A stretch of 64,000 bases of DNA from Raillietiella orientalis (taxonomy: Eukaryota): contig JAYWIR010000034.1 in assembly GCA_036172245.1 (NCBI GenBank), positions 1,736,001 to 1,800,000 of the forward strand, in the 5' to 3' direction. Below are positions 31,888 to 44,700 of the stretch, piece after piece. The position numbers and the translations under genes are program-made. Every line of letters starts with the position of its first letter. Positions within the stretch are counted from its first letter, which is position 1. The notes under the pieces are model-generated. The model was given only the letters and a program-made list of their open reading frames with translations, did not search any database and was not told the DNA's origin.

Positions 31888-34800
31888 TCAGGTGTTGAGA
31901 AGCAGCAACACGGGGCAAAAGACCGCCGCCAGCAACATGGAAGGGCCAGCACGGCGGGCAGGACTCAGTTCGTGGATCGCAGCCATCTTGTCACCTAGTG
32001 TGTGTGTGGGGGTGGGGAAATTTCCTTGTAGTGTGGGAGCGCCACTCTGATGGACATAAAACGGAAAAACTACGTACCTTCGGACACGTAGACGGCCACA
32101 GAACTTTCCCGAACGTTGGGGGCTCGGCACGTGTAATTTCCCGAGTCCGAGACAACCACGTTCTTCACTGTTAGCCGGCTGAGCATGCGCGGGGCGCTCT
32201 CGGCCCTCAAGAACACCCGGGAGCGGCTGAGGTCGTAATTCAGGAGCTGTTCGTCGTGATACCACAGCAGCACCGGCGGGGGAGAGAAGGCCTGGAAGCG
32301 AAAGGAGGCATTAAGCGCGGGGGCGGCGTCCACCCTTGCAGCCGGATGTCTCCAAGTAGGAAGAGCTTGCTTCAGAAGGCGCTCGCTGCCTTCGCCACGG
32401 TCTGCTTCCACCCGAACCCCCCCCCAGGAAACGCTCCTGGCCGTCTTCGAGCCCGCAGGGACTGCGGACTCGATCGATCGCACCCTTGGCGAAAAGGTGC
32501 TGTGGCTGCGGCTGCACTACGCTTGCATCGTTGGTGAGAAACGCACCCTTCATCGCACCAGGCGCGAGCAAGGAGGGGGAGGAAGAGGGAGGAAACGCAC
32601 TTTCCCGGAACGGGTGTTTTGTTTCTATCGGGTCACTCGCTCAGGTCCGGGGGATCCTGGCGTTACATGCGCGGCAGCGGCACCTTCCGACTTTGATCCT
32701 ACTCCCCCCGAAAGAGGCTTCGAGGGGGAAAGAGGCTGACAGATTGCCGAAAGATGGTAATGCGCCAGCCCCTCCGACGAAACGTGGAAAACAAGGAGGC
32801 GCGAAAAATCGATCGGCGAAATCAAACCGCTCGCGATGAGGAGGCGCACGTAGTGCGCGCGCGCGCGCTCGGAGGAGCGCGCGGAGGAACCTTGGCGACT
32901 TTGTTCGGGACGCAAACAGCCCTTTCGGAACCCGACCATGCTTTCCCAGTCGACGATTAAAAAAAAAAGGAGGAAACGGGGGGGGGGGGAAAGAGGTGGT
33001 GGAAAGAGGCAACGCTCATCATGTGAGCGTTGTCTTCTCTCTCCACGGCTCTTCGCCAACGTGTCTAGGCAACCCTTCAGCGTTCTCCCAAGGTTTGCGA
33101 ACGATGCAACTGCCGGCGCGGACCAAACGACTCCTGCCGACGGCGAGCATCGAGGCAGCTCCTTGAGGAGAGCCCGCTCGCAAGGGACAGCGTTTCTGAA
33201 CCAGGGGCCGAGGTCCCTGACAGGGCGGCCGCCCCTGAACTCGAGGATGAAGGCGCCTATGGAACGCCTTCGCGCTCTCTACCGACCAGCAACCTACGCC
33301 CAGAGGAGCGTAGGTCGCTGGTGTCCCGGCAGGTCCGGTATTGCGTGGCCGTCAGTGGGGCCTTGTACCACGTTCTTGAATGACGGAAGAAATGTTTTTT
33401 AATAAACGTCCCGGCGTACCCGGGTGGCATCGCCCAGAGGAGCGGGGAGGAGGCGGACCCTCCGCTGGGAACACGGGCGAGGCGAAATGGGCACCAGACA
33501 GGCCAGGAAGAGCCCCCGGTCTTTCCGCCACCCGGTCTCTCAGGTCGCTTCCTCGAGAGCCGTTCGAGAGGTCGGGAGACGGGGATCACGTGGGAGGGAA
33601 CTTTCGGTCCGATTCTTCGGCGGCAGAGGACGCACAGACTCCGCGCGACTGCTGCTCCACCGGACTGCCGCTCGAGGACGAAGCGAAGCCACGGAAGCGG
33701 GGACGGAGGCAGCTGAACCATGCGAGTCGGCCCGAGGCCTCGGGGAGACGGCGGAGGAACCGTCCCGTCGCCGTCACCGAGGCCTCCAGTGTCCCCTCGG
33801 CCTTCGCGCATCGGGAGGTCCGAAGGCGTCACCGGCCCGGGAGCAAGCAGCAAGGGAGCAGCGGAGCCCCTCCTCGGGTCGCGGGGTGCAAGAAGTGGCC
33901 CGGCACCGCAGGGGCCACTCGTGTACGGACCACGGCGAGCGTACCGGACGCAGGCGACGGGGTCGTCAGCCAAGGCAAAGACGGGTGCGGCGCGTGAGGG
34001 CCTCCCCGACCTTCGACAGAGCCCCTCCGGCGGACCCTGCCCGACACGGCAAGTGGAGGCCGCCGCTGCGCAGAGCGACGCAGGCGAAGTGGAGGAGCGC
34101 ACGTGCCCACCCGCCGACTGAGATCCGCTCTACTGGGCGGCGGACGCCGTGCGAGGCCACTCGACAGACCGAGCACGCGCGCAGCAATTGGCTCCCCTTC
34201 GTCTTACCAACCAATGAAACGGAGGTTTTTCCTGGCGAGGCCGGTAGGCACCACGGCGCCGCACCCGTTCCTTCGCGCGGGTGCCGCCCTTCGGTAGGCA
34301 GCGGACGGGCACTCGTGGGGAGGGGAAGGGGGGGGAACTCCCTCGCAACGTTCGGCCTCCCCTGAGGACCAGGGAGCTCCGGGGTGAGCCTGCCAGGGCC
34401 TCCCAGAGGTCTTCTTGAGTCAGCCGGGGTCCCTACGCAGCACATCCGGGCTGCCCCACCAGGAGGGCGCCTCCATCATGTTTGGACTGCCTCACGTTGT
34501 TCTCGGCGCGCGTGTGTTGGAAGCACCGCGCCGCCGGTCGAAGGCGCCAGCGGGAGCAGTCGCCCCGGAGTCGTGTTCTTCTCTGGTAGCCTCCTGGACC
34601 TGGCGCTGCCCGAAAGGAGAAGAGAGGCCACCCTGGACGCCGCCTGATCCTTCGGCACAACCCCTGACGCGCACGGAAGCGGTTCAGGAAGGACTCTTTA
34701 GGAAAAAGCGAAAATTTGAACGAAACGAAAATTCAAAGTGCTGCAGCAACAAACCGAAGCAATCCAATAAAAACTCCACATGCATTCTTCAGAAAATTGA

Positions 34801-37800
34801 CGAGGAGACGACCGCCTGTACCAATAAAACAACGGAAAAACAGGAAGGAGGGAGACCTCGTTGCGGCCTTTGCAGACGAGGGATGTTGGGGTAACCGCCC
34901 GAGCCCCAAGATAGCTGAGTACCTTGAGCCGTGGAGACCGGACGTTCCCCTTACAGTGAAAGATCATGCGAGAACTGCAGAATTCGTCCCACGGTCGCCT
35001 CCGGCATCGGATGCAGCTGCGGTACGTAACGAACATGCAGAACCGGGGGGGACTTTTTCCCGATGGAGGAGTCTCTGGAAACACCGGTGCCCGTGGCAGG
35101 GCTGGCGACCTCGCAAGGAAGGAACGGACGGCATCAGGGTGGGCCCTCGGCCCCTTTTCTCTCCCCAGAAACAGAAGTTCGTAAATGTTCCTGGCATTTC
35201 CAGCTTCTGCAGAGCACCCTCGTTCGCGGAATCCCAACGAGCTGAGGGTGGATCGCTCGAGGTTCCAACGTCATCCCTCTTGTCGCCTTGCGGGCATCCC
35301 GGCACACCGCCCACGCCCTATCGAACGAGCAGCGCGTGCCCGGCAGAACGAGACGGCTCCCCTTCCACCAGGACGAGGCCAGTTTTTCCTTTCTCTTCTT
35401 TTCTTCCCCCTCTCCCTTCTCTGTGGCTCGCCACGCACTCCAAAACCACCTCCGCTTCACCCCCCGGGGGCATCGGAGCGGCTCCATGACGCCAGCACAC
35501 GGGGTTCTTCCGCTGCCGCGCGCACCTCGAGTGCGCGCAAAGCGATGGCCGGGAGTCCCGAAGTGACCCCCGCAGTTCCCGGATGCTGGTGGTTCCACGA
35601 GCCGAGGACGCGATCGCACCCTACCCGAACGCGGCCGACGCCGTCTGCTCGTCATCTCAAAGGGAGACTGCGAACCCAGGACTCATCGCAGCCGCCAACG
35701 ACAACGGCATTCAGCTGGCCCGGAGCTGCGCTTGTGGACGCGGACCAGGGCCGGCCTCCACGTTGCAAAGAGCGTCCCCGGGGCGGTCACACTCGGAAGT
35801 CTCAGGGAGAGAGGCTGCAATTGCCCCCGTGCTAGCGCCGCGGTGACTTCGCGTGCCAGCAGTCCCCCCTCTCCCCCACTTCATGATGCAGACCGGCGGC
35901 CCAAAAGGTGCGCAGGTCGTCCGGGGAGCCGAGAAGTGGTCGGCGCGGTCGCCAGGGGTGACGCGACCTCGGATCTGCCTCGTAAACCGAGGACTGGCTC
36001 CGAAGTGCCGCGCGTCCGACTGCGCGGGGAGGTCCTCTGGGGAGTGGCGGCAGCTCGGAGGCTGCGGTGGAAGCGCACGCCTCGGGCGCGGAGGAGCCAT
36101 AGACACGCCCCGCCGACGTTTCCGCTCCATGCGGTCCCCCGAGTCTCGCGGGATCCTGACGCTTCCTGACTGCCCGTGAGCACTCGTCTTTGCCGTTCCG
36201 ACTACCGCTCCTCGACGGGAGCTCCTCAAGGGTGCGGTCTGCGCCTGCGGCGTGGGAAGGACGACCCGAGCGCTGCCGTGGAAGCCCCGCACTTTTCCCG
36301 GGGCGACTCCACCTCTCGCACGCGGCGCGGAATCGCGGGACGTGACCACGTCGGCGAAGGCATTCCGTGACCCGGAAACGACGGCCCGACGAGCAGCTGC
36401 GCGGCATCGGAGTGGCCAGAAGGAGTTCCTCCATGACCTGCGCGCTCGCCAGCGGGTAGGCGGTCCCTGGCGGCAGGACCAGAAGATCGGGGGAGAACGG
36501 CCATGAGAGCGGGGACAAACCCGGCGGCGCGCCTCGGCTCGCTGCACCGGCTGCAACTACTCGAGGTGCGCCGACGCGCTCACCTCTTTGCGCACAAAAG
36601 GCTGACCGCCGGCAGGTGGCGACATTTGTGGAGCCTTCGCCCTGCACCTCGGCCCTTCCGCGTCTGCACCGACTCGCCGCCGCCTTCCCGCGGAAGCCCA
36701 CGGAGCCCGTCGCTAGCCGCGCGCTGGAGAAACCGGAGGTCCTCTGCTCCGTTTGCCGGAGGCGTCGTCGGAAGCGAGCCCCTCCCCCTCCCTCCCGAAT
36801 CTTCCTCGTGTTCCTGGTGATCCGCTGCTGAGAGTGGGCCGGAAGCAGCCTCACGCCTCTCCGGCCCACCCTCGGGAGCAAAGAGGGATAGGCGTGCAAG
36901 GGGTATGCGGCGCCACCCGGCAAAGCAGGACTCTGAGCAGCTGCTCCCACTCCCCCTGCTCCACCTTCTCCCACCTCTCGTCCCTTGCGGCCGAGGCCTT
37001 CCGCAAGAAGGGCCATGGGAAGCGGCACGGAGAAAAAGTCCCTCTCCCCCCTTGGCTGCTCTTCTGGATGGTGCGCGTCGGACGTCCGCGCAGGCGTCCT
37101 CCGACGCGGGTGTCCCGTCGCGCGCTCCAGGAAAGCCGGGAAGCGGTCGATAGGAGCGGGAATTCCTGCTGAGGGCACGGGCCAGAGTTTGGAGCCGGAA
37201 CAACTTTCTCCCCGTGCGCCCCTCATGCCCCTCGGCGCCGGGAGCGCTGCGACGCACGCCGATCTCTTCTGCCCGGCGGCGAAGGGGCTGCCGGTCCTCA
37301 GCAGGCAGAAGGAGAAACTCCCGGGGGCGTCGCGCCTCGTCACCTCCAGGTGGTTCTGCACCCGACCTCGCCGACCCTGAGCCCGAGGGGCTGGAAGCTT
37401 TACAGGCCCTGCCCCCTCTTTGGTCCGCTCGCCGGCCGCGAAGGCGACCACGGGGGCGCCCGTCCCTCGCTGCTATGACAGGGGCAGCGGCACCGGCAGT
37501 TCCCGCTGCGGCGGGCAACCGCATCCCCAGCGTCCGTCCCCTCCCCCCGCCTCTCAGCTCGCCACGTCAGCTTCCCATCGACTCCCCCCCCCCCCCTTAC
37601 GACTCGCCACGCGGGAAATACCCGAAAATGTGGAGGCAGAAAGCGGGCGACGAGGATCCTCAGGAGAGGGCGACCGGGGTGCAGGGCCTCTTTGGCAAAA
37701 TGCGCAGCAGTGGCGGAGGTGGCCGCGCGCCCTTTGCCGCCCCCACCCCGGCGCAGAGGCCCATCGATCTAGCAGGCGACTAAGAGCTATTCGGCAGGAG

Positions 37801-40800
37801 GTGCGGCCGAAGGGAAATCCAGAAAGAAGGGCGGCGCCTTCCGGCTTCCGAGGAAGGCCCTGCGACCCTTAAGAGGAAGACGCCGCGCTGCGGCCGCAGG
37901 GCGGAAGGGGTGGAGTTGGCCCCGCAGTTCGAGCGAAAGCTGAGGGGTATGGAAGGGGACTGCGGGAGGCGAGGAGGTTGAGAGACCCTCGGCTCCGCCA
38001 CCTCCTCCTTAGGACGGAAGGGGACTTCAAGAAAAAGGGGGAGGCGTCAACGTGCGCCCACGAGGCAGGCAGCAACCCTTCTGGCGGTGAAAACGCCTTC
38101 CCACTCCAAACGGGGGACGCAGTCCTCCGTCCCCACGGCCCGGACGGACTTTCGCAGAACTCGATAACACAGCCGGGGAGTCCCACCGGCTCCCATCCGC
38201 CCGCGGCGGTACTGGACGGAAAGCGAAAGCCAAACGAGAGGCGCCAGCGTTGCCGAGGGGACCTGGCAGATCCAGCGGCGGCGCCCCTTCCTCGCCTGAG
38301 GTTCCTCGGGTTGTAAGTCCCCGTCTCAGGAGAGCAGGCGCATCTGGGAAAAAGAAAAAAGGCAAAATGGCGGTGATCTGGGCTTCCCGGGGCGCCTGCC
38401 CCCTCTTGGCTCGGGACCTCCCTTGTGCCAGAGACACTGCCCCGGCAGGGTCATGCAGGTCAGGACGGACTTTCGGACCACCGGGTGACGAGAATCGAGC
38501 GCGAAAACGGCGGTGGTGAAAGGGGGGAGTGGGGACTTGCCTTCGGCCGGAAGCGCCCTCTCCCTTTCCGACAGCAGAACCCCCTCCTCCTCCACGACAG
38601 CACGCAGGTGGTCCCGCCCGACCCACTGGTCGACATCACGTGGCCTACTTTTCTGCTGTCTCTCAAAGTGACCGTCGACCGCACGTGTATGCCGGGACGC
38701 CCCATAGCCCCCGCAATGTGCGGGGACGGTGACCAGACGCAGACGGGACGACGGGGCTGTGCGAGGTCAGGTCACACGGCTCGCTCTCAATGCCAGGAAA
38801 CTTCAGAAAGTCCACGGCCACTTCCCCTTTCCCCGGGCAGCCGGACGGGCCCCTGAGCGACGGGAATTCCGCGTGTCCCGGCTGCCCCGCCCTGGCAGCC
38901 ACGGCGCGGACCGCTCGGGGCCCCCAGCCGCAAGCACGTGACGCCGCGAACCCCAAGCAGATCCGACGACCAGGGGCGGGCGACGACGGCGCTCTCTTGC
39001 GAATCGGTGGCTGGCGTGGGACCCCCCACTTGACTCAGGGCAGCCACGAAACGGCACCAAGGGTGCCTGGGCGGCAGCTGCAAAGGGGTCGCTGTGAACA
39101 TTGTGCCCGCGTTGGGCCGGCCGCAGGACGAACTCCAAGACACCCCCGCGCGCGCTGGGTGTGGCCGCTCCGCGCAGGAGCAGAGACGTACCTTCTCGAT
39201 GACGCAGACCAGCGTGAAGGTGGACGACTTCTCCACGTGGTACTCCGGGCTGCCCAGAATCACCGCCTCGGGCACGATCACCTTCAGGTAGGCCAGGTAG
39301 GACAGCAGCCCCTTCTCGGTGGACACCTGCGGAAAGCGGCGGGGATTAAGAGCCGGCGGCGAAGAGGGACAGCAGCAAGGGACCTCGCTGTCGCCCTGCC
39401 TTGCCCTGCTCTACCCTCCGGCGGCGACCGGGGATGCACGCGAGTCGGTAAACCAAGTGCTCCCTCGAGCAGCCATAAGCCCCTTTCCTCCCTTGAGGTG
39501 GCGCGCGCGCAGAGGAGGAAGCCCGGCAGGTCAGCTTTGGGGAACCCCGCCCCTGCGGCTGGTTGTCTTCCGGCAGATGCCCTTTAGCTGTGTCCATTCG
39601 CCCAGATGCTAGCTTGACCTCGCCAGTTGCCGCTGCCACCTCCCGCCCTCGCTGGCTCACGCGCCGTAAGGCCCGGCCCATCCTCCCGCAAAGATGGGTG
39701 GCTCCTTCCGGCTTTCCGGGCCCAGCCCCGCCGGCAGGTCAGCTTCGGGGAACGAGATCACCTCAGGTGAATGCGTCGACCCGGACCGCGTTCACCGCCT
39801 GACTCTCCCTGCGGTGGGCCCCCCAGCTCCGCGAAGGGATTCCCGCACCCCGGCCCACGTTCCCTGGGATCGGTCACCTCTCCCGCTTTCCAGGGTCCGG
39901 GGACGACCTTCTCCCCAGAGACCCTTTCAGAACCCTCCGAGGACACCCCTCGCAAAGGAGACTACTCCCTGGGTCCTGTGGAAACGGGGAGCGGGATGCC
40001 CCTCGCGTCCCCAGGATCCATCTGCGTGAGAAGGGGTCCCCATCCTTACCCTCTCCGCTCCTGCCCCTGATCGCTGCAGCGGCGAGCGCCGCCACGAGAG
40101 CGACCGAGAAGAACCAGGGGCAACAGCGCCCGCTCAAAGAGGGCATGTGGCGGTCAAGAGGGATCCGAAGGGGGACCACGCCCTTCCGTCGAGAACGCCA
40201 GAATCGGTCCGGATGCGACCATGGCCAGGGGGCTTCCAATGACGCCTCAGGGCTCGCTCCCACGGGCGCCCAATGGCCTCGACGGACGAGGACATCGGGA
40301 AGCCGACCGAGGGGCCTCGGGCGAAGGGTTCCGCACAGGTGATACTGTGTGTGGGGGGGGAAGCCACCCGGAAAGGGTCTCCCCTCTTCAGGGTTCGGAA
40401 CGCCGCAGCGACCCCCAAGCGAGGTGGGGGAGTCCCCGGAGGGAGGAGGCTCATGAGCACCGGCATTCGCTAGTCCCCGGGCAGCCTGCCGGCTTCCGCG
40501 TGTGGCGAGTGTCAGCAGGGGGTCGTGACGCTGGCGTTCTCGCCGAGAGGACTAATTTGGCGGACGTCCGGGATGCGAGCCTGGGTGCGTGCCCGACAGA
40601 TCGTGCGCGCGCTCAGATGCTACCGCTCAGGTGCACCAGCACGGGTGTCGCCGCCTGCGGAAGGCGGGGAGGCGCACGAGTGGCGGCCGCGCAGCTGGGG
40701 TGACCGCCGCGTCCCCCCCACGGGCGCCGGAGGGTCCCCCTCACCTGGCACTCGTAAACGCCCTCGTCCGAGGGATCTACGAATTTGACCTGCAGGACCC

Positions 40801-41747
40801 AGTCGTCGCTACCGTCCCTATGGAAGACACGGAACCGCTCGTCGTTGGTGTAGGTCATCAGCCCCGAGGTCAGGATGTGGAAGTCACGGCGGCGTATCCA
40901 GGAGACCTGCGTTGGAGGGAGGAGAAGGGGCGTGCTTGTGATCGCGGGCGGCACCCTACCGTGCCGTCCGCCTGCTGAGGCACGTGGCAGTGCAGGAACG
41001 CCGTCAGCCCCGACTGAGCGGTGACGTTGCCACAGGCGCTCCTGTCCAGGCTCGGCTCCGTGGCTGAGCACGCAACACCCGATGCCCTTCCTGGAACAAC
41101 GGGCGCGTTCGCGCGCTGCTCCCTGCACGCAAGTGCGCTTGCGGGCGAGCGAGCGATGGGCAAGGGCAACCACCCGTCCCACCTGCAACGCGGGAGACCC
41201 CAACTGGTAGCTCATGGAGCAACTGCAGGGCGGGTGGAGAGCGGCGCTCCGGGCGGCCGCGGAGCAAGCGACCGGCTTCCGTGCGCGCAGGCGCGGTGCC
41301 GCGCTGCGCATTTCGCGAGCGGCTTCCTGGGTCCGGGTCACCCTTCCCCGGGCGGAGCACTCGGCCCCCGGGAGGCAGACAACACGGCCGCTCTTGCACG
41401 CGTCCGCGGAGTTCCAGTCGCGCGACGGCGTTTGGCAGGAGTCCGCGCAAGGCGCGACGGATAGCCTCCGCCAGAGGGGGAGGGAGGGTTAGCGCAGGGG
41501 TTGCCGCCGGCGGGCCGCGACGGTGGGCGGATCGCACGAGGGAGAGGGAGGTGGCGGTGGTGGTGGCGGCGGCGGAGGAAGCGGACGAAGAGGAGGTGGA
41601 AGGAGACTGGCAGCACACCACCCGGACGGGAGAAGGGAGGGGGTGCGGCGCGCGCGCGCTGTGACGCGCGGGCTTACCCCAGAAGGTGACCACCAGCAGG
41701 ACCCGCAGGAGCTCAGCGTCCAGGCTGGTCCATCGTTGGAGCGGCAT
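31888..41747 (-). CDS. dpr: Dpr (defective proboscis extension response)-family two-Ig-domain cell-surface protein, ~272 aa, likely GPI-anchored
   Basis: Exons: 41747-41678, 41090-40960, 40906-40745, 39326-39192, 32291-32078, 31994-31888. All introns are GT-AG and in phase; total 819 nt = 273 codons. Ig1: NVTAQSGLTAFLHC..VSWIRRRDFHILTSGLMTYTNDERF..WVLQVK..DEGVYECQVS. Ig2: VPEAVILGSPEYHVEKSSTFTLVCVIE..WYHD..LNYD..DSGNYTC. The N-terminus is hydrophobic and signal-like, and the C-terminus is hydrophobic. The specific paralogue is not assignable. Confidence 0.92.
39900..40450 (-). repeat. Possible third, more decayed copy of the same repeat (dpr intron)
   Basis: Short colinear matches to 55980-56290: GACC(C)TTTCAGAA, AAGGGG..CCATCC, CCGAAGGG, CCCC.GAGGGAGGAGG. 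Confidence 0.3.
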
Positions 41748-44700
41748 CTCTTCGGATGAGAAGACACGAGAGGTCAGCATCAGCGCCACGGCCCGCCCTT
41801 CGCACCATCCACGCGCCGCGAATCCCCCAGGAGGCCAAGCTGTTGGGTGGGATCGTCTGAGGAGGTGCTCGGGATGTCTCCTCTCCTGGACACCCCCTGG
41901 GCAACCCAGCGAGGAGCAGTGCCCCGCCATGGGCGGCCTTCTTCCTCTCTGGGGAGGAAGGGGGGCGACAGGCGAGAATGCGGGGGCGGAGCCACAGGGT
42001 GGTGGGAAGCAGGACCCTCGGCTCTGCTTCGCGCGCGGCCGCCCCAGTGCCCCTAACAGCCGCGGGCCCAGCTGCCGCGAGCGACGAGCCAGGCGGCGAA
42101 GCGGACCAATCAGAAAGCGCCAGCGTGGGCCGGGGGAGGAAATCCCGAGGACGCCGGAGCCGCGGATTGGTCCACGGCTAGACCGCGAGAATCGGAGGGG
42201 AAGGGGGAGGGGACAACCGCTCGCGGTCATGGAGACCGGGTTTACGCGGAGGAAACGACGCACCAGGTGGAAGCCCAAGGTGCGCATCAGGCGAGGATCC
42301 TGCGAGCAGGCATCGTGCGCGAGGCCAGAAGAGGCATGCAGCCTCGCTCTGCTGGGCCCGCGCGCGACCTCCCTCCCCTGTGCGGGACTTGGAGGTGCGT
42401 GCCCACCGGGCACCGCCGGCGCGGAGAACCTGCAGACGAGGCACTGCGCTGCAGCCAGCGACGACGGGCAGGAAGGGCAAAGGCAGCGAACGTCCGTGGT
42501 CCTCCGGGGCCGAAAGGTGGAAGTCTTGCGATCGGAGACGCCACGCCGGCTCGAAGGCAAGGGAGAGTGCGAGAGCCTGAGGTCGCCGCCAGGCTGCGCG
42601 GAGCGGCGTCGGGTGGGCAGCAGAGCGACAAGGGGAAAACCGTGGGACCGGGGTTCCTCCAGGGGTCAGCAGGCGGAGGCGGATGCCCCGCACCGACTGG
42701 CTCGCGGACGCGGGTAGCATCTCCCCGCGCAGCCGCGGGAGGGCAGAGCACGCGGTCTGCGCTTTCGGTTCCTCCCGATTCGCAGGGGGAAGCACGCCGG
42801 CGTTTCCTGCAGTCCGCCATCTTGTCTTTCATCCCCCTCAGCCGCTTCCGCGCCCCCTGGGCCTCCCCTCCAAACCGGACGGCTCGGTGCGGCGCCGGTC
42901 GAAATCCCGAGGGGGTGGAAAACCCCGAAAAGGACTGTCGTCCATCGTTGCGAAGAGCACACGCCATACGCACACTCTGCATGGATTCGTGTACAGCTGT
43001 ATTCCCATACTCAAAGTCAATCATTCACCATGTACGTACGAATACAAACACGCAGATGAACGCGTACTCCAATGCGTATTTATTCATCTTCATCACTTCC
43101 ATGATGCTTGATCATTCACGTGTCCATGTTTCTATGAATTACATCTCTTTTTTGTAATCTTCACGATGCTCATGAATCCTTCACTCATAAATTTACGTGC
43201 TCGTATACATGATGAGCGTATACCTTTATTTACCGTAATATTATTTCATATACACGCACGCCAACAACGGAATCGACGGCTCGCTGCTTTTATAAATAAA
43301 CGCGGCCGTCACGGAGGCGTAATAAATACATCAAACAGGAATCACAACTGCGCACATTATAATAAATTTGGACATAGGTGCCCACATCAGTGGGACAACT
43401 AAAGTACATACGCGCGAACGTATGTACTTTAGTTGTCTTTGTTTTCGCGATCTTTGAATGGAATCTGTGGATGTTGGGGATCCTCCCCCGGACCCATCTC
43501 CGCGCGGCCCGCGGGCGCGCTGCCACCCGAAGAGGTTCCGCCACAGCTCCCTCGGCGCAGCTCCCGCAACAGCGAATCCCGAACCAAAAGCCGGGGCCGG
43601 GAAAAGCCCAGGGCGGGGGCCGGGAAAGGCTCACTGAGGAGCCGAATCTTCGGAGGTCGACCCGCGTGAGGGGACGTGGCGCACGAAGGCTGGAAAACTC
43701 CGTGTTTGTCTTCGCGAGCTTCGGGGTCCCAGTACAGGGACACGACGGGAAAGCACACTTTCCCATTATTAAATAGACCTCAATTTCGTGGAGGAACAGT
43801 TTGGATTACATCGGGAAGAGGCAAAACGACCGCACCGGAAAAAAACAGGAAAAAACCGCTGATGGAGTTTCGTTTTCTCCGCAAACGACGCGGCGCAAAC
43901 CGACGAACGAAGCGAAGAGCAAAGTGGGCAATCAGAGAGCGCCGATGTGTTCACCTCGAACGGAGGAAACCGTCCGTGGGGAGGGGAAGTGGTGAGCCGA
44001 TCCGATGGCCATGGTCAGCGATAGGTCGCGAGGCAAATGCAAGACCGGACGCCTGCGGCTCACGATTTGAGCAAGGGAGAAGCGGCATCCGCTGGACCGC
44101 GATGTGAGGGTACCCCTCAAGAATCCGATGGCGTGGCCCCTGTCCGGAGCGCCCCGGGTGGTTCGTGGCCGCAGAGCGCATCCGCCGGGAGGATCCTGGA
44201 CGCTCCCACGGCTCCCGGGCCCCTCATTGCTTGTCGGTCCGATCCGACCTCTCCCACCGCGTTTCGGCCTCCAGGCTCGGGGCAACCTCGCGGGAAGATG
44301 TTCCTCCCCGCTGCGCGCGTGCAGGTGATGCAGGAAACAGGTGCGTGGCCATCCATGTACGTCAGCGCGTACATCCGTCTGCGCGATCTGCGCACCGACC
44401 GTACGAAAGGGTGCCGTTCACACGCATAGGAGCGAAACGAAACGCTCTGCCGAGCTTCGCATCTGACGCCCACACGTAGTAATTATTAAAAAGACGCGAC
44501 TACTATACTCACGTGCAACACGTAACGACGAGAGTAAGCTCAACCACGTGCGCCCTTCCCTCCCCGGTCGATTCCGACCAATCCATTACCCGTTCATTCC
44601 TTTTCAATTTAATGAAATGAATTGCGGGGACCGTCAGCCGCTGACCTTTACCCTCTTGCAGAACGCCTCCCGGGCCTGCTTGCCATCGTCGGCTGGAAGG

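Noticed and set aside
35832..37451. 539-aa minus-strand ORF inside a dpr intron
   Set aside because: R/G/A/P-rich with no motifs and overlapped by long ORFs in other frames, as expected by chance at this GC content.
41004..42560. 518-aa minus-strand ORF
   Set aside because: Only 41747-41678 (the dpr signal exon) looks coding; the rest is GC-rich read-through of intron and UTR.
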